In this document: positions 60,744-64,000 of the stretch, in pieces
Numbering within the stretch: the first letter of the stretch is position 1
Layout of the letters: each line of letters starts with the position of its first letter
Assembly: GCA_963745835.1 (NCBI GenBank)
Contig: CAVUZH010000019.1
Coordinates: 224,001 to 288,000, forward strand
From: an uncultured delta proteobacterium
Lineage (GTDB): Bacteria; Desulfobacterota; Binatia; UBA9968
Direction: 5' to 3'
Length of the DNA stretch: 64,000 nucleotides
Notes under the pieces: generated by a model
What the model was told of the DNA's origin: nothing
Database searches by the model: none
The model's input: only the letters and a program-made list of their open reading frames with translations
Made by a program: the position numbers and the translations under genes

Positions 60744-61820
60744 ATGTCTGAATCATTGCGCTACTACATCGCTCATAATGGCGGATTGAAGATAATGGAA
60801 CCGCAGAATTCGTCAATGAAGACCCTCGGCGAATTCTTCCAAGGAAAAACACTCGAGCATTTGACCGGCTGCACGACCAAGCCCGAGATCGTTTTTGCCG
60901 CAGTCGCATTCGATGGCGGCTATCGCACCGATGACGCAGGAAAGACTTGGACCAAGATTATGGATGGCGATGTGCGCACGTTCACGGTCGATCCGCATGA
61001 CGAGCGCATTGTCTACATGGGCATCGGCCCGATCCGCCTTTTCCGCAGCGAAGACAGTGGTAAAAGTTGGCAGCCGCTCGACAGCATGCTCAACTTTGGT
61101 GACGAAGTAAAAACGAAATGGGACGTGCCGCCGCGCTTGCGCGGAGTCGAGTTTCCCCATGTGCGCCAGATCTTCATCCATCCCGATGAGCAGAATCTGA
61201 TTTGGGTTCTGCTCGAACATGGCGGGAACCTGCTGAGTCGAGATCGCGGTAAGACGTGGGAAGACCGGAGCACCGGGATCGATTATGTCGATATGCATCA
61301 CATTGAAAATTACCCTGGCAGCAAAGAACGTTATTATGTTTCATCGGCCCGGGGATACTATCGCACTGATGACGCAGGCCAACAATGGCGCCGAGTCGAG
61401 AACGGCATGCCGTGGGCCTATACCGAGCTGCACAGCTATTCGCACGAGTGGCATTTTTTGCCGGGAGTGAACCCGCGCATGGTCGTCTGCGGCGGCAAGG
61501 GTTCTCCAGGCGTGTGGATGCGTGAGAGAATTACACCCAAGGGACATATTATGCTAAGCGACGACGGCGGCGAGAACTGGCGTATCGTCGCTCAGGGCCT
61601 GGAAAAAGAGAATCCCTGGATGCCATGGGTTTTACTGCGCCACCCGAGCGATCCCAATGGGCTCTTCTGTGGCATGGGCGATGGCGCGCGCGGCTACGGT
61701 TTCGATGCGCGTATCCAAGGTAAAGGCGCGCTCTACAGGAGTCTTGATCGTGGCGAGTCATGGCAGGCGCTGATGCAGGACACGCCATCGATTCTGACGG
61801 CCTGGGTGGCGCCGAACTAG
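60744..61820 (+). CDS. BNR/Asp-box beta-propeller protein (Ycf48/VPS10-like)
   Basis: Repeated Asp-boxes: RTDDAGKTW, RSEDSGKSW, SRDRGKTW, SDDGGENW, RSLDRGESW. Confidence 0.85.
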   Translation: MSESLRYYIAHNGGLKIMEPQNSSMKTLGEFFQGKTLEHLTGCTTKPEIVFAAVAFDGGYRTDDAGKTWTKIMDGDVRTFTVDPHDERIVYMGIGPIRLFRSEDSGKSWQPLDSMLNFGDEVKTKWDVPPRLRGVEFPHVRQIFIHPDEQNLIWVLLEHGGNLLSRDRGKTWEDRSTGIDYVDMHHIENYPGSKERYYVSSARGYYRTDDAGQQWRRVENGMPWAYTELHSYSHEWHFLPGVNPRMVVCGGKGSPGVWMRERITPKGHIMLSDDGGENWRIVAQGLEKENPWMPWVLLRHPSDPNGLFCGMGDGARGYGFDARIQGKGALYRSLDRGESWQALMQDTPSILTAWVAPN

Positions 61821-62087
61821 ATAACGAATACCAGTCTCTCGCAATCCGCTTAGAGCCTACGAGTAGCAAACAAGCAGAGGCACTCATACCGCGAGCAGAC
61901 ACCAGCGGCGGGATGCACGCCACACGGATGTAACATTCGAGGAAATCCATCTCTTTCCCGACGAGCGGCCAGGTATCGGAAAAGCGTTCGACGGCTGCGC
62001 GACTACTTTTGATTAGAAAACCTGCAGCATTCGCGTACGGTTTTATGCGTGGCCGTTAGTCAAAAATAGAATTCGGCGGAGGAGGTC

Positions 62088-62804
62088 ATGCGCTACGAGC
62101 TCTACTACTGGCCCGAGATACAGGGACGCGGCGAATTTGTTCGGCTCGCCTTCGAAGACGCCGGCGCGGCTTATGTCGATGTCGCGCGGCGGCCACGCGG
62201 GATGGGGGCAATGTCGAAGTTTCTGGAAAGCCGGTCGGTCAAGCGACCACCGTTCGCGCCGCCGTTTTTAAAAGCCGGCAAGCTGGTCATCGCCCAAACC
62301 GCCAACATTCTATTCTTCCTCGGCCCGCGTCTTCATCTCGCGCCAAAAGAAGAGGCGGCGCGCTTTTGGGCGCATCAACTACAGCTCACCATCGCCGATT
62401 GGGTCGCCGAAGTTCACGACACGCATCATCCGGTCGCAAGCAGCTTGTACTACGAAGAGCAGAAACGTGAGGCGAAGCGGCGCGCGGAGATTTTCAAGGT
62501 CGAACGCCAGCCCAAGTTTCTGCGTTACTTCGAGCAGATCCTGGAGCGCAACGGCGGCCGCGTTCTAGTCGGCAATGCGGTTTCATACCTGGACCTGTCG
62601 CTCTTCCAGATGATTGAAGGTTCGCGCTATGCATTTCCACGGGCGATGGCAAAACAGGAACACAAATATCGACGAGTGATCGCGCTGCACGAGCGGATGG
62701 CCGCGCGTCCGCGGTTGGCGGCGTATCTCGCGTCCGAGCGGCGTCTGCCGTTCAATCAGGAAGGCATCTTCCGCCACTACACTGAGCTCGATGATCGGTC
62801 CTGA
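62088..62804 (+). CDS. Glutathione S-transferase
   Basis: YWPEIQGRGEFVRL, IAQTANIL, SYLDLSLF; GGAGG RBS. Confidence 0.92.
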   Translation: MRYELYYWPEIQGRGEFVRLAFEDAGAAYVDVARRPRGMGAMSKFLESRSVKRPPFAPPFLKAGKLVIAQTANILFFLGPRLHLAPKEEAARFWAHQLQLTIADWVAEVHDTHHPVASSLYYEEQKREAKRRAEIFKVERQPKFLRYFEQILERNGGRVLVGNAVSYLDLSLFQMIEGSRYAFPRAMAKQEHKYRRVIALHERMAARPRLAAYLASERRLPFNQEGIFRHYTELDDRS

Positions 62805-62829
62805 TAAAGACGCGCGCAACAAACTGCAA

Positions 62830-63230
62830 TTACGGCACCCAGCCACCGCCGAGAGCTTTGTAGAGATTGACTATGGCCGTCAATCTTGCGCGTTGGAGCT
62901 GTACCTGCTGCAGCTCGGCGCTAAAAAGACTTCGCTCGGCGTCGAGGACTTCCAAAAAACTCGAATAGCCATTCTCATAGCGCAGGTTCGCAAGCCGCAA
63001 GGTTCGTTGCAGTGCCTGCACCTGCCGGTCTTGCGCCGCCTGTTGTTCGCGGATCTTTCGCGTTGCAATCAAAGCATCTTCCACTTCTCTGAAACTTGTC
63101 TGTATGTGCCGGCCTCGGAATTTACATTCTGGCCGTCTCGATCACAGCCGCTCACGGCTAAAAAAATAAGTGAAATGAGAATCGCTAAAGTTAATCGCAG
63201 TAGCCGGGGAGATGAGTTGGGGCGGCGTTC
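62830..63230 (-). pseudogene. Deletion remnant of an efflux operon: lipoprotein N-terminus joined to the C-terminus of an OprM/NodT-type outer-membrane factor
   Basis: FLAVSGC lipobox fragment, then EDAL..LRYENG..LEVLDAERSL..LYKALGGGW. Confidence 0.7.
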
Positions 63231-63484
63231 GCGCAGTTGGCCTGCATATCCAGGCTCTCCCCGTCGAACTCCAATTGTTGTCTTTTCGGCGCAGCATCGA
63301 AGCTCGCGGCGCATTGCTTGATCGGAGAGATGAATCCCAATCAGCCGATCAGTAGGCAATGCGCCGCGGTCTTACGAATATGGAGACGCAAATAGTACGA
63401 GCCCTATCATGCGAAAATTCTTGCGACACCAGCCGGTCGCAGCCAGGGGCCATCGATCACTTCGAAGGATATTCTCCGTTCGAT

Positions 63485-64000
63485 TTATGCCTTCTTGAAA
63501 TCGCCAAGGCGGCCTTCGACTGCCTGCCAGTCAATGTTGGCGAAAAACGCTTCGATGTATTTGGGCCGTTCCGCGGGCTTGTAGTCGAGCAGGAACGCGT
63601 GTTCCCATACGTCCATCACCAGCACCGGCTCGAATCCCGCAACATTGCCGATCTCATGCAAGCTTACCCAGTGATTGCTCAGCCGCCGGCGTTTGGGATC
63701 CTGAAAGCAGATGGCCCAGCCGACACCGCGCATTTTACCGATGCTGACAAAGTCGGCTTTCCAGATATCATAGCTGCCGAAGCCGCTTTCTGCCGCTTTA
63801 TAAAAAGCCGACTGCTTGCCCGGATCACCCGATCCACCTTTGGTCATGTTGCCGAAATAGTACTCATGCAGCACCATGCCGTTGTATTCGAAACCCATAC
63901 GCCGGGTGAGCTCTGAATAAGCCGGCATCTCCTCCTGATCGACCTGGCCATCTTTTAAAAACTCCGAAATCTTTTCTGTCAGCCGGTTGGTTTCTTTGAC
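63485..64000 (-). CDS. Fe/Mn superoxide dismutase (5' end beyond the window)
   Basis: NGMVLHEYYF, GVGW, MDVWEHAF; frame open to the window edge. Confidence 0.92.
   Translation of the reverse strand, partial: VKETNRLTEKISEFLKDGQVDQEEMPAYSELTRRMGFEYNGMVLHEYYFGNMTKGGSGDPGKQSAFYKAAESGFGSYDIWKADFVSIGKMRGVGWAICFQDPKRRRLSNHWVSLHEIGNVAGFEPVLVMDVWEHAFLLDYKPAERPKYIEAFFANIDWQAVEGRLGDFKKA

Overview
Bacterial, moderately GC-rich window. It is dense in amidohydrolases and orphan NMT1/SsuA- and TctC-type solute-binding proteins, a gene content reminiscent of Ca. Binatia/deltaproteobacterial genomes (inference only). Most of it is catabolic/transport and oxidative-stress genes. Notable elements: (1) a selenocysteine peroxiredoxin (in-frame TGA at the peroxidatic position plus a SECIS-like hairpin) that the ORF track missed; (2) a ~10.5-kb minus-strand partner-switching cluster at 46.0-56.4 kb with two SpoIIE/PP2C phosphatases (one fused to an RsbW-type kinase), three STAS proteins, a TIR protein, an MBL hydrolase with a degenerate GHKL tail, and an NCS2-fold transporter with a degenerate RsbW-like C-terminal domain. 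This cluster is the best candidate for an undescribed system; (3) an AT-richer, frameshift-rich island at 39.2-43.8 kb with a sigma70-region-4 HTH protein divergent from a translationally coupled putative wHTH + MORC/GHKL ATPase pair; (4) a ~940-bp near-identical direct repeat of an amidohydrolase gene; (5) a higBA toxin-antitoxin pair, two copies of a CTAG-flanked MITE, dispersed 9-mer GTTC(C/A)A repeats and a RAYT remnant. Many single-base frameshifts look like long-read consensus errors, so pseudogene calls are tentative. No tRNA, rRNA or CRISPR array was seen.
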